64,000 nt of DNA from IMG/VR virus record IMGVR_UViG_3300027749_000047, positions 32,001 through 96,000 of that record; one strand, given 5' to 3'. How positions within the stretch are numbered: position 1 is the first letter of the stretch; every line of letters begins with the position of its first letter. Source of the DNA: a virus. Shown here piece after piece: positions 63,657 through 64,000 of the stretch. A program made the position numbers and the translations under genes. The notes beneath the pieces were generated by a model. That model ran no database searches. It was not told the DNA's origin and was given only the letters and a program-made list of their open reading frames with translations.

Positions 63657-64000
63657 TAGGTAACTGTTACTTTCATTTGCCCATTAATGTTTGTTAATCC
63701 AGAAGTTAAATCACGGTCTAATCTCATGTATCCAGTACTAGAGTTGGAATAATCATACATTTGTCCGCCAATTGTTATGCCTTTGTATGTACCTGCTTTT
63801 AGTAGCGCTACCCATTCGGATGGAATCGTTATCCATCCTGACTTTCCTTTTGTTAGCGGCACAGTAGTAAAGCGGTACCATCCTGATTTGTCTGCGGGTT
63901 TTGATGTGGCATAGTCAGTTGTGCTATTAACTGTGTTTGCAGAGGAATAAGTGGTGTACTTATGCAATGTCATTGTTACATAAGTTGTTGTTGGGCCTGG
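63656..64000 (-). CDS. Partial (3' end) minor tail-like protein
   Basis: The frame is open from the window end through ORF 63656..63973; WITIPSEWV..KGITIG..GYM. Confidence 0.6.
   Translation of the reverse strand, partial: PGPTTTYVTMTLHKYTTYSSANTVNSTTDYATSKPADKSGWYRFTTVPLTKGKSGWITIPSEWVALLKAGTYKGITIGGQMYDYSNSSTGYMRLDRDLTSGLTNINGQMKVTVT

Overview
This window is most of a lytic-looking siphovirus genome from an Actinobacteria-infecting phage. The host call rests on WhiB and actinophage-type holin and tail genes; the moderately low GC fits a freshwater low-GC actinobacterial host (inference). Both ends fall inside minus-strand structural genes, so the genome is larger than the window. Layout: (1) 1-9.6 kb, leftward replication operon (DnaB helicase, primase, SSB, DnaE, Cas4-like nuclease, RuvC-like resolvase, WhiB, TerS-like). 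(2) 9.6-10.1 kb, divergent control region with two structured RNAs. (3) 10.1-52.0 kb, rightward lysis, packaging, head and tail genes. (4) 52.1-60.8 kb, leftward early/accessory genes. (5) 60.9-62.8 kb, rightward phosphoesterase operon. (6) 62.7-64 kb, a second, leftward tail-like module. Three observations stand out. First, an 80-nt 'mini-tmRNA' at 10520-10599 has a complete tRNA-like domain (G3.U70, D-loop, P2, GGAC, T-arm) but no mRNA-like domain or tag. Second, a -1 slippery site (C CCA AAA plus hairpin, 22431-22456) would fuse a 1158-aa head protein to a SpoVK/CbxX/EccA-type AAA+ ATPase. Third, about a dozen head-region genes look like polyproteins punctuated by a hydrophobic-x-K|(A/S/G) motif, probably cut by the XkdF-type prohead protease. 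Cleavage would release an ADP-ribosyltransferase-like domain, HPR-motif domains and more than 20 cationic Gly/Ala-rich hydrophobic segments. All protein family calls are by motif recognition only; no searches were run.
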